Below are positions 62,448 through 64,000 of a DNA stretch of 64,000 bases, one piece after another (position 1 is the first letter of the stretch; each line of letters opens with the position of its first letter). The position numbers and the translations under genes are program-made. The DNA is from Desulfatiglandales bacterium (GTDB taxonomy: Bacteria > Desulfobacterota > DSM-4660 > Desulfatiglandales > Desulfatiglandaceae). The DNA lies in contig OY762721.1 of the NCBI GenBank assembly GCA_963666345.1, positions 2,432,001-2,496,000 of the forward strand, read 5' to 3'. Below the pieces are notes generated by a model, which worked only from the letters and a program-made list of their open reading frames with translations, was not told the DNA's origin and did not search any database.

Positions 62448-62667
62448 ATTCTCCGAGATGAGGGTTCCGGCTAAACGATCAAAAATAAAACCGGGCATGC
62501 CTGATTTCAGAGTGGCCAAATAATCGGGAATGAAAGCTGAGCAGGTCAACATGGAGCAGTATAAGGCAAGGATGGCGGCCGGAAAGGCGGTTTATGATTT
62601 AAGGCCTGTTTGAATGTAATCCGAATGCGTTCGTGAACGTAGATAACTTATTATACAAGGAGAAACA

Positions 62668-63279
62668 ATGAGCAATAAGACGATAAACAAAGAGCTCATT
62701 GAAAAGACGATCCGTTTTCATGGCCACTGGTGCCCCGGGCTTGCCGTAGGCATCCGTGCTTCGGAGTGGGCCTTGAAGGAAATGGGGAGTGCCCGGGATG
62801 AAGAGATCGTGGCAGTGGTGGAAACCGATATGTGCGCGGTGGATGCGGTGCAGTATCTTACCGGTTGCACTTTCGGCAAGGGCAATTTGATCCATAAGGA
62901 CTATGGCAAGAATGCCTTCACTTTCTACCGGCGGAAGGACGGCAAGGCGGCACGCTTGGTCGCTCGACCGGACATTTACGGGGGGGCCGGGGTAACCCTT
63001 GGCAAACTTCATGGTAAGATGCTGGACAAAGGACTTGATCAGGAAGAGCAGAAACTCTGGCGAGAAACCAGGACCGGCATTTCCAGCCAGGTAATGAAAT
63101 CCGAGCTGATTGACCTTTTTGAGATCAAGGCACCTGTTGACCCTGTTCCGAAAATGGCCCGGATACTGTCTCCCATGGTGTGCGAATCGTGCGGGGAGAC
63201 CGTCATGGAGACCCGCACACGTCATTTCGGAGGGCGGCTTTTGTGCATCCCCTGTTTTGACATCAGGGAAAGACGTTAG
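62668..63279 (+). CDS. FmdE family protein with C-terminal zinc finger
   Basis: FHGHWCPGLAVG, ETDMCAVDAVQYLTGCTFGKGNL, CESCGE...CIPC. Confidence 0.9.
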   Translation: MSNKTINKELIEKTIRFHGHWCPGLAVGIRASEWALKEMGSARDEEIVAVVETDMCAVDAVQYLTGCTFGKGNLIHKDYGKNAFTFYRRKDGKAARLVARPDIYGGAGVTLGKLHGKMLDKGLDQEEQKLWRETRTGISSQVMKSELIDLFEIKAPVDPVPKMARILSPMVCESCGETVMETRTRHFGGRLLCIPCFDIRERR

Positions 63280-63431
63280 TTTCAGGAATTGATCGACTGT
63301 TTATGCTTAATAAAGTGCTAAAAATGAGGGGCAGGAAGCCGCTTATGACGAAATTTCATCTTGATCGGGCTCTGCATTTTCAGAAGAAAAGAGTATGTCC
63401 ACGAGCTTGAACGATGTTTAGGAGGCTTATC

Positions 63432-64000
63432 ATGCTAAAAATGAAACGAATGTCCATTTTTTTCTTGATCCTCGCACTTTTGATCGCTCCCGCTGCCTGG
63501 GCCGGGGACGATCCGGCCTGGCTTGAAACGGGCCGGAAAACACTCACCCGGGCCATGTCTCAAATTGGTCTTTCCAAAGCCGATCCCAATCTGCTTGTGT
63601 TGACGAACGCAGGCTATGGAAACGTCGCCGGAAAAAGCACCGAAGCCTTTCTCGATATAACCATGCAGGAGACAGGATGCAGCCCGGGGGCCCGTTCTTT
63701 TCTGCCGGTACACACAGGTGTCCGGGAACCGCTTTGGTGCTCGGTTTACCGAAAGGATACTGGCGGGCTGGTTTTCCTCAAGTGGACAGGAAAGGGCTTT
63801 GAATTGCAGATGATTGATGCGTCCCCGGCCAATATCCTGACCCCTGATGGTTGGAAAGAGGCCGGTTCAGGCCTTATCGGCGGGAGGCTTTTTTCCGTGG
63901 CAAGCCTTTGCGTTACCTGCGCGGTGGATCCTCCGTGGGCACTGCTTACGGCTGCCTTATTCCATGATCATTTCTGTCCCGGTGTCAATTCAGGATATAT
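63432..64000 (+). CDS. Exported FmdE-domain protein, 3' end outside the window
   Basis: GGAGG RBS, signal peptide MLKMKRMSIFFLILALLIAPAAWA, LLVLTNAGYG, FHDHFCPGVNSGY at the window edge. Confidence 0.8.
   Translation, partial: MLKMKRMSIFFLILALLIAPAAWAGDDPAWLETGRKTLTRAMSQIGLSKADPNLLVLTNAGYGNVAGKSTEAFLDITMQETGCSPGARSFLPVHTGVREPLWCSVYRKDTGGLVFLKWTGKGFELQMIDASPANILTPDGWKEAGSGLIGGRLFSVASLCVTCAVDPPWALLTAALFHDHFCPGVNSGY

Overview
Bacterial chromosomal window. Gene content and repeat style suggest an anaerobic Desulfobacterota-like organism (inference). It has five blocks. (1) 1-6.2 kb: RND efflux pair, a TPR protein and a selenocysteine-type peroxiredoxin (in-frame TGA followed by a hairpin). (2) 6.7-12.9 kb: an accessory region in which two ORF6N genes, an XRE-HTH/ImmA-like regulator and two unrelated P-loop ATPases alternate with four ungapped copies of a 104-bp non-coding element. 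Two copies are fused to relics of the regulator's 3' end and the last sits just upstream of cas3. (3) 13-27.5 kb: a complete type I-E CRISPR-Cas locus with BRO-N and four-helix-bundle genes and a type I-C-like cas4 relic between cas6 and cas1. The array has 24 intact repeats plus 1 degenerate repeat, with an IS21-family element inserted inside spacer 21. (4) 27.7-34.7 kb: transport and housekeeping genes. (5) 34.8-64 kb: an approximately 18-kb surface-glycosylation island (CDP-glucose pathway, three C-methyltransferases, sulfotransferase, GT2s, a TMTC-like TPR glycosyltransferase, and two tandem ELWxxDGT-type repeat proteins with hypervariable repeat positions) bracketed by two copies of the pntB 3' end. 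It is followed by a transhydrogenase operon whose PntB has a duplicated NADP(H)-binding domain, an Lrp regulator, a J-domain protein with MshEN-like motifs, MCP/CheW and two FmdE-family genes. The best candidates for undescribed systems are the repeat-delimited cassette array leading into cas3 and the repeat-shuffled ELWxxDGT protein/glycosylation island. All calls were made by eye; no database searches were run.
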